Shown here one piece after another: positions 39,294 through 49,103 of a DNA stretch of 50,384 nucleotides. Origin of the DNA: Sodaliphilus sp. Its GTDB lineage: Bacteria; Bacteroidota; Bacteroidia; Bacteroidales; Muribaculaceae. The stretch lies in the NCBI GenBank assembly GCA_051871435.1, contig JBJECV010000002.1, positions 1 to 50,384 on the forward strand, read 5' to 3'. Both the position numbers and the translations under genes were made by a program. Within the stretch, counting starts at the first letter, position 1. Every line of letters starts with the position of its first letter. The notes under the pieces are model-generated. The model was given only the letters and a program-made list of their open reading frames with translations, made no database searches and was not told where the DNA came from.

Positions 39294-39923
39294 TTACTGA
39301 TTTACAGGCATATCGTAATCCTTCTCCGCTTCTTTGCCCTCACTGGGAGTGTCTAATTTGTTCACATTGCAAATTTCCATTTCCTTGAATTTCAATTCGC
39401 CGTGAGTTAATTCGGCTCGCAAGCAAGTTCGGGTTTGCTCGGGTTTGAAACTCACTAATTCAAATTCTCTCACAAATTTGATTTTTCCTTTCGCTTTTTC
39501 CCATAGTTGGCTTTGAAGCGTAGCCAAATCTGCCACATTGTGCACGATAAAATAGCGGTAGCCGATTTTCGCCACGCCCATCATATTTTCGCGCACCTCC
39601 TTCGTGTCGGTCATCGGGTCGTGCGCTTCAATTTGCACCGTGTAGGTGTCGGGCGAAATAGGGTACACGTAGATGGAAAACACATTGTGCTCATAATCGT
39701 CCTCGTTGATGATGCTCACCATCTTATTGATGGCGCTCACAATCTCCTTCACTTCTTCTTTGGTGGAGAGGGTGAGGTTTTGCACCTGAAATTGGTCGGT
39801 TTTTTGCGGGATGATTTTGCTCTCACTCGATGTGTATTTTCGAGTGATAATCACTTCATTGTCTTTGCCATAGCAAAGCACAGTAGCGAAGCAAATCAAC
39901 ATTGATAATAGATAGCCTTTCAT
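39294..39923 (-). CDS. Hypothetical exported protein
   Basis: 209-aa ORF with a signal peptide; first gene of a three-gene run with a promoter box at 39943-39950. Confidence 0.75.
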   Translation of the reverse strand: MKGYLLSMLICFATVLCYGKDNEVIITRKYTSSESKIIPQKTDQFQVQNLTLSTKEEVKEIVSAINKMVSIINEDDYEHNVFSIYVYPISPDTYTVQIEAHDPMTDTKEVRENMMGVAKIGYRYFIVHNVADLATLQSQLWEKAKGKIKFVREFELVSFKPEQTRTCLRAELTHGELKFKEMEICNVNKLDTPSEGKEAEKDYDMPVNQ

Positions 39924-40038
39924 TATATTACATTTTGAAATTCAAAATTATATTTTTTTCTCGAAATCAAAGCACTTTTTTTATTAAACTTCTCTAATAT
40001 TCGACCAATTTTCCCCACTTTTGGTTTAAATGCTCTCG

Positions 40039-40080
40039 CAAAAAAGAAACCCCGAGCGCCATTTCTGCGCAAGGGGTTCC
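40039..40080 (-). terminator. Probable terminator of the nqr operon
   Basis: AAAAAAGAAACCCC...GGGGTTCC imperfect stem with an A tract, just past the nqrF stop. Confidence 0.6.
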
Positions 40081-40108
40081 GTTTGTATGACGTATGAATG
40101 CGGTGGAA

Positions 40109-41395
40109 TTATCCGCCGAAATCGTCGTAGTGAATGGATTCGCGGTCCACACCGAGTGAGTAGAGCACCGCGTTCACGGTTTCGCTCATCATTTTCGGTC
40201 CGCACATATAGTATTCGCAGTCTTCCGGGGCATCGTGTTGTGCCAAATAGGTGTCGCGCAGCACCGGAGCCACAAATCCGGCTGTGTACTTCACGCCGGC
40301 TTTATCTGCCACCGGGTCGGGACGGTCGAGAGCCAAATGGAAATGGAAATTGGGGAATTCCTTTTCAATTTCAAGGAAGTCTTCCAAATAGAACACCTCG
40401 CTAAGCGAACGCGCGCCATAGAAATAGTGCATTTCTCGGTCGCGGCACTGAAGTGTTTTGGTCATGTGCATAATTTGGGCACGCAAGGGCGCCATACCTG
40501 CACCGCCACCGATCCAAATCATTTCTTTTTTGGAGTCGAAAATGGGATGGAAGTCGCCGTAAGGGCCGCTCATAATCACCTTGTCGCCGGGTTTGAGTGT
40601 GAAAATATAGCTCGATGCTATGCCTGGCATCACATTTTGGAAGCCCACCTCGGGTTTGGGTTTGAAAGGTGGTGTGGCGATACGCACGGTGAGCATAAAT
40701 CGGCCGCCCTCAGCCGGATAGTTTGCCATAGAATAGGCTCTCACTGTGGGCTCGGTGTTTTTGCACTTCAGCGAAAAGAGTCCGAATTTTTCCCAAGTGG
40801 GCAAGTATTCGCCAAGCGATTCTTTATCGATGTCGGTATCGTAGCTCATTTCATATTCCGGGATACGGATTTGCGCGTAGCTGCCCGGCACGAAATCCAT
40901 GTGAGCGCCTTCGGGCAATGCCACAATAAATTCTTTGATGAATGACGACACCAGTTTGTTGCTCACCACCGTACATTCGTATTCTTTCACTTCCAGCACG
41001 GAGTCGGGCACATGAATGCTCATATTGTCTTTCACCTTCACTTGACAGCCCAATCGCCAATGTGCTTGCTGCTCCTTGCGCGAAAAATGCACCTTTTCGG
41101 TGGGGAGAATTTCGCCGCCACCTTCCAGCACTTGCACCTTACACTGGCCGCAACTGCCTTTGCCGCCACATGCGCTGGAGAGCATCACACCGCCCTGGTG
41201 GAGTGTGCCCAAAAGCGACGAGCCGGTTTCCACTTCCAATTGGCGTTTGCCGCCGTTAATGTCGATTTTCACTTTGCCCGATGGCTGCAAAAAGTGCTTT
41301 GCCACCAAAAGCAAAATCACCAGCAAGAGCGTGATAATTAAAAAGATGATAGCACTGCTGGCTACCGTGATGCCTATAGAATTGATAAGTGTCAT
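40109..41395 (-). CDS. nqrF: Na+-translocating NADH:quinone reductase subunit F
   Basis: SACGGKGSCGQC 2Fe-2S motif, RAYSMAN, GGGAGMAP, YYMCGP and terminal DDFGG. Confidence 0.97.
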   Translation of the reverse strand: MTLINSIGITVASSAIIFLIITLLLVILLLVAKHFLQPSGKVKIDINGGKRQLEVETGSSLLGTLHQGGVMLSSACGGKGSCGQCKVQVLEGGGEILPTEKVHFSRKEQQAHWRLGCQVKVKDNMSIHVPDSVLEVKEYECTVVSNKLVSSFIKEFIVALPEGAHMDFVPGSYAQIRIPEYEMSYDTDIDKESLGEYLPTWEKFGLFSLKCKNTEPTVRAYSMANYPAEGGRFMLTVRIATPPFKPKPEVGFQNVMPGIASSYIFTLKPGDKVIMSGPYGDFHPIFDSKKEMIWIGGGAGMAPLRAQIMHMTKTLQCRDREMHYFYGARSLSEVFYLEDFLEIEKEFPNFHFHLALDRPDPVADKAGVKYTAGFVAPVLRDTYLAQHDAPEDCEYYMCGPKMMSETVNAVLYSLGVDRESIHYDDFGG

Positions 41396-41410
41396 AATCG
41401 ATGCTGTGGT

Positions 41411-42025
41411 TTAGAGTTTAATGCCCAGAAAACTCATGAACGCAATGCCCATAAGTCCGGTGATAATAAATGTGATGCCGATGCCGCGCAGGGGTTTGGG
41501 CACTTGGCTATACGCCAATTTTTCGCGGATGGCTGCCAAGCCCACAATAGCCAAGAGCCAGCCGATGCCCGAGCCGGCACCATACACGCAAGCCGTGAAG
41601 GCGCTGCCCAAGTCTTTTTGCTGCATGAAGAGTGCTCCACCAAGAATGGCGCAGTTCACTGCTATCAGCGGCAAGAAAATGCCCAACGAATTGTAGAGGC
41701 TTGGCGAAAATTTTTCTACTGCCATTTCCACCAATTGGGTGGCAGAAGCAATCACGGCAATAAACATGATTAAGCCCAAAAAGCTGAGGTCCACTTCCTT
41801 AAAGTCGTCGCCGAGCCACGATAGCGCACCTTGCTGAAGGATGTAGGTGTCGAGCAAATAGTTGAGCGGCAGTGTCACCACCAACATAAAAGTAACAGCC
41901 ACGCCCAATCCAAAAGCGGTTTTCACATTTTTGGATACTGCCAAATAGGAGCACATACCCAAAAAGTAGGCAAATATCATATTATCGACGAAAATCGATT
42001 TTACGAACAGATTTAATTCTTCCAT
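41411..42025 (-). CDS. nqrE: Na+-NQR subunit E
   Basis: [11 protein letters not shown] and [16 protein letters not shown]. Confidence 0.96.
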   Translation of the reverse strand: MEELNLFVKSIFVDNMIFAYFLGMCSYLAVSKNVKTAFGLGVAVTFMLVVTLPLNYLLDTYILQQGALSWLGDDFKEVDLSFLGLIMFIAVIASATQLVEMAVEKFSPSLYNSLGIFLPLIAVNCAILGGALFMQQKDLGSAFTACVYGAGSGIGWLLAIVGLAAIREKLAYSQVPKPLRGIGITFIITGLMGIAFMSFLGIKL

Positions 42026-42061
42026 TTTGTGTAGTTGATATTTAGGATGTTACTATTATGG

Positions 42062-42685
42062 TTATTTCTCTTGCAATTCTTTATCGCGTGAGCGTTGCAC
42101 CCAAATCACGCATGCCACCACTATCAGTGCCATGGGCGGGAGTATCATTAAGCCATTGTCGGTGTAGCCGGCATCGTAGAGCCATTGCGGAATCACTTTG
42201 TGGCCGAGCAAAGAACCCGAACCCAGCAACTCGCGGAAAAAGCCCACTATCACCAGCACCATAGCATAGCCCAAGCCGTTGCCAATGCCGTCGAGAAACG
42301 ATGGCCAAGGCTTATTGTGCATGGCAAATGCTTCCAAGCGGCCCATCAATATGCAGTTGGTGATAATCAGTCCAATAAACACCGACAGCTGCTTGCTCAC
42401 ATCGTAGTTATACGCCAACAAGAATTGCTGCACCATAATCACGAGTGCCGCCACCACCACCAATTGCACGATAATGCGTATGGTGGGAGGAATGGTGTTG
42501 CGAATCAGCGAAATAATCACATTGGAGAATGCTAACACCGCAATCACCGACACACTCATCACAATGGCGGGCTCCAAACTCACCGTCACCGCCAATGTGG
42601 AGCAGATGCCCAACACCTGCACCAATACCGGATTTTCTTTAGAAAACGGGTTGAATATGATTTCTTTATTTCTTTTTGATAACAT
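42062..42685 (-). CDS. nqrD: Na+-NQR subunit D
   Basis: QVLGICSTLAVT and GLIITNCILMGRLEAFA; ATG 42685 preferred over TTG 42694. Confidence 0.96.
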   Translation of the reverse strand: MLSKRNKEIIFNPFSKENPVLVQVLGICSTLAVTVSLEPAIVMSVSVIAVLAFSNVIISLIRNTIPPTIRIIVQLVVVAALVIMVQQFLLAYNYDVSKQLSVFIGLIITNCILMGRLEAFAMHNKPWPSFLDGIGNGLGYAMVLVIVGFFRELLGSGSLLGHKVIPQWLYDAGYTDNGLMILPPMALIVVACVIWVQRSRDKELQEK

Positions 42686-42698
42686 AGTGCTCAATCAT

Positions 42699-43418
42699 TT
42701 AGGGGTTTACGGCTTGAAGATTTTTGAAAAATGCGTCGTAGGGCTGCAAGCAGTCGGCAAGCATCGCCGACACACCGCGGCTGGTGATGGTGGCGCCCGA
42801 AATGGCGTCGATGGTTTCGGCGCCGGTGAGGCTCTTTTGCCCTTTCTTCATCACTTCCACGCTCTTGAAAGCGCCTTCCATATAAAAGTGTTTGCCCTCA
42901 AATTTTTCGGTAAATTCTTTTTCAGTGATTTTTGCACCCAAGCCCGGGGTTTCGCTCTGGTGCGAGAAATTGGTGCCGAAAATGGTTTTGCCATCGGCAT
43001 TCATTGCCACATAGCCCCAAATCGGGCCCCAGAGTCCGGCGCCATACACCGGTATGATGTATTTCTTTTCACCTTTCACCTGCGCCACCAGCACCGGAAG
43101 CGCACGCTTGGCTTGCTTCACATTTTTGCCCATATTCACATTGAATGCCACATGCTCGTTGCTATCCACCACAGCGCCTTTTTCATTCACGAGATATTCG
43201 TTCACAATATGGCTATTATAGTCGGCCACAATGGCTTCATCGCTTTCTGGATACACCTTGATAGCAGCCAGGATTTGCTTTCTCGTATCGTTGTCGCGAT
43301 TTTCATCTTGCAGTGGCTTCAATTGCATATAAATGAAAGCCAACACGGTCCCCACTATTATCACTAATATAGCGGAGTAAACGATTTGATATGTGTTACT
43401 GTTTTTGTTCATCTTCAT
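42699..43418 (-). CDS. nqrC: Na+-NQR subunit C
   Basis: GAGLWGPIWGY, ETPGLG and the FMN-attachment motif DAISGATITS. Confidence 0.96.
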   Translation of the reverse strand: MKMNKNSNTYQIVYSAILVIIVGTVLAFIYMQLKPLQDENRDNDTRKQILAAIKVYPESDEAIVADYNSHIVNEYLVNEKGAVVDSNEHVAFNVNMGKNVKQAKRALPVLVAQVKGEKKYIIPVYGAGLWGPIWGYVAMNADGKTIFGTNFSHQSETPGLGAKITEKEFTEKFEGKHFYMEGAFKSVEVMKKGQKSLTGAETIDAISGATITSRGVSAMLADCLQPYDAFFKNLQAVNP

Positions 43419-43431
43419 TACCTCCTCTATT

Positions 43432-44643
43432 TTATGAATTAGTGTGGGCGCGGCTTAAGCGGCGCTTAATGTTGCGGCTCACCACCACGTGGTCGATGAG
43501 CGGTGCAAAGGTGTTCATCAGCAGTATCGCCAGCATTGCGCCTTCGGGATAACCGCCATTATACACGCGAATTAAAATGGCAAGCACGCCAATCAAAAAG
43601 CCAAACACCCATTGCCCGGCTTTGGTGCGCGCGCCGGTCACCGGGTCGGTGGCCATAAACACTGCCGCAAAGCCGAAGCCGCCGTAGCACAATTGAGCAA
43701 AGGGGTCAATCATGGAAGCAGGGTAGGTGGGGGTGGAAAATCCGTAGGCTATGCCGCCCATCACCAATCCGCCGGCAAACACGCTTAGCATCACACGCCA
43801 CGATGCCACTCCGGTGAGCAGCAGTATGGCGCCGCCAATCAATACGGCTGCCATAGAGGTTTCGCCTGGGCTACCGGCTATCAGCCCCCAGAATGCATCG
43901 CTTGTGGAAATATGGCTCCCCACCACATCTTTTATAGGTGCAAGACTTTCGCCCACATTTGTGGCGACTTGCCCTAAGGGAGTGGCGCCTGAAAAGCCGT
44001 CGGCCACTGTGCCTTCGCCAAAGCCAAATATGCCGTCGATTTTCACGAATGCCTTGTCGCCACTCATCGCCGATGGGTAGCTGAAAAACAAGAAGGCGCG
44101 GGTCACTAATGCCACATTAAATATATTCATACCCGTGCCGCCAAACACTTCTTTGGCAAATATCACCGCAAAGGCAGTGGCAATGGCGGTCATCCACAAG
44201 GGGGTGTTGATGGGTACAATCAGGGGAATGAGCATGCCGCTCACCAAAAATCCCTCTTGAATTTCTTTGTGATGAATTTGGGCGCACACAAATTCTATGC
44301 CAAGCCCCACACCATAGCTCACCACTATCACCGGCAGCATGGCAAGGAAGCCAAACCATAGCATCGTGCACCACGACGCCGACGCCTCGCCTATGGCAAG
44401 GTAGTGCTGATAGCCCACATTATACATGCCAAACAGCAAGCATGGCAGCAAAGCAATCACCACCGTAATCATCGTGCGCTTTAAGTCGTTTTGGTCGTGG
44501 ATATGCGACCCCGAACGCGAGGTGGTGTTGGGGGTGAACAAGAAGGTTTCAAAACCATCAAACACAGATTCCAATTTGGCAAACTTGCCGCCCTCTTGGA
44601 ATGCCGGTTTCATCTTGTTCAATAAATTTCTAAGTGCTTTCAC
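43432..44643 (-). CDS. nqrB: Na+-NQR subunit B
   Basis: DLKRTM, KEVFGGTGMNIFN, DGFSGATPL (FMN-Thr), MATDPV and YPEG; GTG start. Confidence 0.96.
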   Translation of the reverse strand: MKALRNLLNKMKPAFQEGGKFAKLESVFDGFETFLFTPNTTSRSGSHIHDQNDLKRTMITVVIALLPCLLFGMYNVGYQHYLAIGEASASWCTMLWFGFLAMLPVIVVSYGVGLGIEFVCAQIHHKEIQEGFLVSGMLIPLIVPINTPLWMTAIATAFAVIFAKEVFGGTGMNIFNVALVTRAFLFFSYPSAMSGDKAFVKIDGIFGFGEGTVADGFSGATPLGQVATNVGESLAPIKDVVGSHISTSDAFWGLIAGSPGETSMAAVLIGGAILLLTGVASWRVMLSVFAGGLVMGGIAYGFSTPTYPASMIDPFAQLCYGGFGFAAVFMATDPVTGARTKAGQWVFGFLIGVLAILIRVYNGGYPEGAMLAILLMNTFAPLIDHVVVSRNIKRRLSRAHTNS

Positions 44644-44718
44644 TTCGTTATATCTTTATTTAATTAATACTCGGGTTAGTAGCAAAAAGTAAGCCGTCAA
44701 AAAAAAATCAATCGTCTT

Positions 44719-44813
44719 TAACTTCGGAATAACATTCGGAATAAACTTCGGAATAAACTTCTTAACTTCTTTAACTTCTTAACTTCTGAATAAAACTTCT
44801 GAATAAACTTCTA
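44719..44813. repeat. Degenerate tandem repeat between nqrA and nqrB
   Basis: AACTTC-cored units: TAAACTTCGGAA-like x3, TTAACTTC x3-4 and TAAACTTCTGAA-like x2-3. Confidence 0.85.
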
Positions 44814-44819
44814 ATTCCA

Positions 44820-46157
44820 TCATTCCATCTCCTTGCGCATGCGGTCTAATCCGGCTCTCACAATTTGCTGGAGCTCAAGTTTCGACGTGTCGGCAAATTC
44901 GGCAAGCGCAAAATCTTCGGGCGCCACTTCGTAGATGCCCAATTGCTCCATCTTGTCGATGTCGAAAGCTATGATGGCTTTAATCAAAAATTCGGCATAA
45001 ATGTCCATAGGCAGCATCCTATCGTATTCGCCGCTCATCACTATGGCGCGTTCGCCGCCATTGATGCGGCTATCCATAGCGTAGCGCTTCTTTTTGCCAC
45101 CACACAGCCAATGGGTGAAGGTGCGATACACACTGAATTTCTTGGCACTGAGCGATGCCCAACCCATAAATTCATCTTTATAAAGCAATTCTGGAATTAC
45201 ACTCACTTGGCGGTATGGACTTCTCAAATAACCCTCGGCAGGCGTTTGTACACCGCTCAGCACGTTGCCATTAATGATGCGCACGCCGTTGGGCTCCTCG
45301 GCAAGATTTTCGTGAAGCAGCGTGCTCAATTCGCATCCTATGGTGGTAGCCACATAGCGCGGCTCCTTCACTGCCGAACCTGTCACAGCCACCACTGTGC
45401 TGAAATCCACATAGCCTTCGGTGAACAAACGGCCGATGCGCGCCAGCGTCACCACGTCGAGCGTGAGAATGGTTTCACCCTTATTCACCGGGCAGATATT
45501 GGCAGCCTGCACACCGGCATTACCTGCGGGATGCGGTCCCTCAAAGAGCACGGTTTCGGCTTGCGAAGCACTGAATTCCTCGCCTTCGCGGCAACACAAA
45601 TACACATTGCCCGCAGTGAGGCTCTTCATCACTTCCACACCCTTTTCCACATATTTGCTATCTTCGCCCACCACTATGGCAAGCGAGGGTGCCAAAGGCG
45701 CAGAATCAAAGCAGGTAACAAACACGTCGCGAATCTCGGCATTCGGATTCGGCACAATATCGTAGGGGCGCTGACGCATCAAGCACCACAATCCCGATTC
45801 TAAAAGAATGCTTTTAGCATCGCGCGCCGATATGTCAAATTGCTTCCTTTCGTTGCTATGGTCGGCTTCAATCACCACCGACTCCAATTTGCGGCGCTCG
45901 CCACGGTTCACGGCTTTCACCACACCTGCCACCGGCGACACCACCTTCATCTCGCTGTGGTTTTTGTCGTGAAACAGCACATCACCGGCAGCCACCCGGC
46001 ATCCCTCCTTCACATCCATTCGGGGCGTCACGCCGTGGAAGTCGTCGGGTATCACCGCAAAATGCTGACACTTCTCGCCATTCACCACTTCAGCGGAGGC
46101 AATCGCCCCCTCCAAGCGAAGGTTGAAGCCTTTTTTCAGTTTTATCAATTTTGCCAT
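44820..46157 (-). CDS. nqrA: Na+-NQR subunit A
   Basis: IKLKKG, RGERRKL, GPHPAGNAG, NGGERA and LGIYEVAPEDFAL. Confidence 0.96.
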   Translation of the reverse strand: MAKLIKLKKGFNLRLEGAIASAEVVNGEKCQHFAVIPDDFHGVTPRMDVKEGCRVAAGDVLFHDKNHSEMKVVSPVAGVVKAVNRGERRKLESVVIEADHSNERKQFDISARDAKSILLESGLWCLMRQRPYDIVPNPNAEIRDVFVTCFDSAPLAPSLAIVVGEDSKYVEKGVEVMKSLTAGNVYLCCREGEEFSASQAETVLFEGPHPAGNAGVQAANICPVNKGETILTLDVVTLARIGRLFTEGYVDFSTVVAVTGSAVKEPRYVATTIGCELSTLLHENLAEEPNGVRIINGNVLSGVQTPAEGYLRSPYRQVSVIPELLYKDEFMGWASLSAKKFSVYRTFTHWLCGGKKKRYAMDSRINGGERAIVMSGEYDRMLPMDIYAEFLIKAIIAFDIDKMEQLGIYEVAPEDFALAEFADTSKLELQQIVRAGLDRMRKEME

Positions 46158-46658
46158 AAATATGATTGATGATATTACTTGTTTAAGAATTCACATTAAT
46201 AATAAATTTGTGCAAAGTTACAATTTTTATAGATATAATAATGTATGATTTTATTGAAAAATTTTATCGAAATCCACAATTATTACCATCCAATCATCAT
46301 CGCCATTGTTATTGCACCCCTAACCGCGCACACATGCAACTCTCCTTTCATCCCCATATCTATCTGCTATCGCCTCCTCCTTATTCAAAAATTTCAAAAA
46401 TTACGGCAAAAAAAGATGGTTTCACTTTCATTTTTGAAGAATTTGTAATATATTTGCCAAAAATTAGGGGAATACTACCGCTTTCCAACATACCCGGAAA
46501 TTTGGTATTCTTCTTTAAATTAGTGAACATAAGCTAAATAGCAATATCTGCTCAACAGATAATCGTAAAACGACTACTATTGAATTACTCGAAAGAACAA
46601 CTGATTTTATATTATCTATTTATTTTATTAATTTTTTAACTATTTTTTAATTAAATTT

Positions 46659-47564
46659 ATGGAAGCAACAAAGCAAAACGCTCAGCAGCCTAAACCACAG
46701 GCTCCTGTTGCTAAGAAGGCTAACAATGGCGTTAGCAGTAATGTAGGTGGCATCAAGAATGCTTTTATCGTGATTATCATCTGCTTTATCATCGCAGAAT
46801 TGTTCTACCTCTTCGGATTGGGTAGCTTCTTCGAATACAGCGATGGCCAAACCTACGCATCTCATTTCTTCGCTCCTACTAAGGAAGAAGGTGTGACCAG
46901 CAACCCAACCAACCTTCTTGGTACCATGTACCTCGGTGGTTTCGTTGTGCCTTTCATCGTTACCTGCCTCCTCACAGTGCTCACACTCACTATGGAACGC
47001 TTTATCGCTCTCGGTAAAGCTGCCGGTAAAGGCAACCAAACTAAGTTCGTGGCTGAAGTGAAAAAGGCACTCAATGAAAAGAACGTTGCCAAGGCTGAAG
47101 AACTTTGCAAAAAGCAAAAAGGCACCGTTGGCGCTATCGTTTACGCTACTCTCGCTAAGTACAAAGAAATGGAAGCCAACACTATCCTTCCTAAAGAACA
47201 AAAGCTCGCAGTTATTCAAGAACAACTCGCTGAAGCCACTGCTCTTGAAATGCCTTCTTTGCAACAAAATCTTCCTATCCTCGCCACTATGACCACTCTT
47301 GGTACACTCCTCGGTCTGTTCGGTACTGTGGTGGGTATGATCAAGTCGTTCCAAGCTCTTGGTAATGCAGGTGCTCCCGACTCCGCAGAACTTTCTAAAG
47401 GTATTTCTGAAGCTCTTGTGAACACTGCATCTGGTATTCTTACCGCTGTGTGCGCTCTCATTGCTTACAACTTCTTTACTAACAAGATTGATAACCTCAC
47501 CTACGCTGTCGACGAACTCGGCTTCGCTATCGTGAACGCTTACGCAGCTAACCACGCCAACTAA
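46659..47564 (+). CDS. exbB: ExbB/MotA/TolQ proton-channel protein
   Basis: TLGTLLGLFGTVVGMIKSF and GISEALVNTASG. Confidence 0.93.
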   Translation: MEATKQNAQQPKPQAPVAKKANNGVSSNVGGIKNAFIVIIICFIIAELFYLFGLGSFFEYSDGQTYASHFFAPTKEEGVTSNPTNLLGTMYLGGFVVPFIVTCLLTVLTLTMERFIALGKAAGKGNQTKFVAEVKKALNEKNVAKAEELCKKQKGTVGAIVYATLAKYKEMEANTILPKEQKLAVIQEQLAEATALEMPSLQQNLPILATMTTLGTLLGLFGTVVGMIKSFQALGNAGAPDSAELSKGISEALVNTASGILTAVCALIAYNFFTNKIDNLTYAVDELGFAIVNAYAANHAN

Positions 47565-47630
47565 TCCTTGGCCAATAGGTGAATTTCATTTAATCAATTT
47601 TTAAATCTTAGTAAATAAAGTAAAATAACA

Positions 47631-48338
47631 ATGGGAAAAGTCAAAGTTAAGAAACAAGACCCACGTATCGACATGACCGCCATGTCGGACGTTACCGTTC
47701 TTCTGCTGACTTTCTTCATGTTGACATCTACCTTCCTTCAGGAAGAACCGGTGAAGGTGATTACCCCGGCTTCTGTGTCAGAAGACGTGGTGCCTGAACA
47801 AAAATTAATCACTGTGCTGGTTAGCCAAAACGAACACGACGGACATGGACAAGTGTACATGGAAATCGTGGGAGCTTCTAAGAAAGATGATGCTGACTCT
47901 GCATTTACAACCGAAAATGTAAAGAAGCAAGTTTTGCAAATTATGGCGCAAAAGCATAATATCCAATTCTCGGCACAAAACTATGCCGACTTCGCAAAAC
48001 TTAATGCTTTCGGTCACCCTATCAAAGATTTGAAAGCGTGGCTCGACCTTCCGGTTAACGAACGTGCAGAAGCACTCAAAAAGAGCCCCGGTATTCCTAT
48101 TAATATGACTACCTATGGTGGTGATTTAACGGAATTCCAAGAATGGATTCGCGCTTGCGCAGAAGTGTTCTCACAGCGCGACGATGCAACTGAAGACATC
48201 AGAAGTGGTAAGGCCATTGCCATCAAAGCAGATGCCAACACTCCTTACCGTATGGTGGAAATCGTGATGAACAACCTACAGTCTATCAAACGTAACAAAT
48301 TTACTTTGATGACCTCGTTAAAAACAGCTAAAGACTAA
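47631..48338 (+). CDS. exbD: ExbD/TolR-family protein
   Basis: IDMTAMSDVTVLLLTFFMLT and IKADANTPY. Confidence 0.92.
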   Translation: MGKVKVKKQDPRIDMTAMSDVTVLLLTFFMLTSTFLQEEPVKVITPASVSEDVVPEQKLITVLVSQNEHDGHGQVYMEIVGASKKDDADSAFTTENVKKQVLQIMAQKHNIQFSAQNYADFAKLNAFGHPIKDLKAWLDLPVNERAEALKKSPGIPINMTTYGGDLTEFQEWIRACAEVFSQRDDATEDIRSGKAIAIKADANTPYRMVEIVMNNLQSIKRNKFTLMTSLKTAKD

Positions 48339-48344
48339 AGCAAT

Positions 48345-49070
48345 ATGGGAAAGAAAGAACTAAGTCACCAGAAAAAATTCGAGACCCGTATCGACTTTAC
48401 GCCTATGGTTGATATGAACATGTTGTTGATCACTTTCTTTATGCTGTGTACCACCATGTTGAAGTCTCAAACTATGAAGATTGCTCTGCCTTCGAATAGT
48501 AACGAAAGTCAGATTGAAAAGAATAAGAACCAAGCTGCCGAATCTCAAGCCTTCACTATCATCCTCGATGGTAAAGAAGAAACTAAAGACGGCAACGTGT
48601 CGTCCACTTCCGCCAATTCGAAATTCTACTACTACGAAGGTAAACTCGACCCCGCACAAGCTGCCACTCAATTAATTGAAGCAAAAGGTATCGGCATCAA
48701 GGGTACTACCGACAAAAACTTCCTTACAGCTATCCTTCAAAAGAAAAATGAAAAAGCTTTGAAGCAAATCGCTGTATTCAAGAAAGAATGGGAAGCTCAC
48801 AAATACTCTAACGATGATGCACAAAACGATGCTATCTATCAGCAAAAAGCCACCGCAGTGCTCGCTGAGCTCAATGCAAAACACGAAACTCCTATCGTGA
48901 TGATCAAGCCCACAAGCCGCGCCAACTATGCTGATGTGATTGCACTTCTCGACCAAATGCAAATCAACAGCATCGGTACCTTCCAGCTTGAAACGCTCAG
49001 TAAAGATGATTCTACCGCATTGCAGGCTAAGGGTGTTCAACTCCCACCGCCTCCCGCTGCGAAGAAATGA
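48345..49070 (+). CDS. exbD: Second ExbD/TolR-family protein
   Basis: IDFTPMVDMNMLLITFFMLCTT and VMIKP...NYADVIALLDQM. Confidence 0.92.
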   Translation: MGKKELSHQKKFETRIDFTPMVDMNMLLITFFMLCTTMLKSQTMKIALPSNSNESQIEKNKNQAAESQAFTIILDGKEETKDGNVSSTSANSKFYYYEGKLDPAQAATQLIEAKGIGIKGTTDKNFLTAILQKKNEKALKQIAVFKKEWEAHKYSNDDAQNDAIYQQKATAVLAELNAKHETPIVMIKPTSRANYADVIALLDQMQINSIGTFQLETLSKDDSTALQAKGVQLPPPPAAKK

Positions 49071-49103
49071 TGTGGATTTATTAATATTTAAACGAAAAAG
49101 ATT

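Noticed and set aside
46160-46658. tRNA or other known ncRNA in the nqrA-exbB gap
   Set aside because: No cloverleaf or T-loop (GTTCGA) motif is visible; only divergent promoter boxes and weak stems.
47631-49070. Tandem exbD genes as a novel duplication
   Set aside because: exbB-exbD-exbD-tonB is a standard Bacteroidales arrangement.
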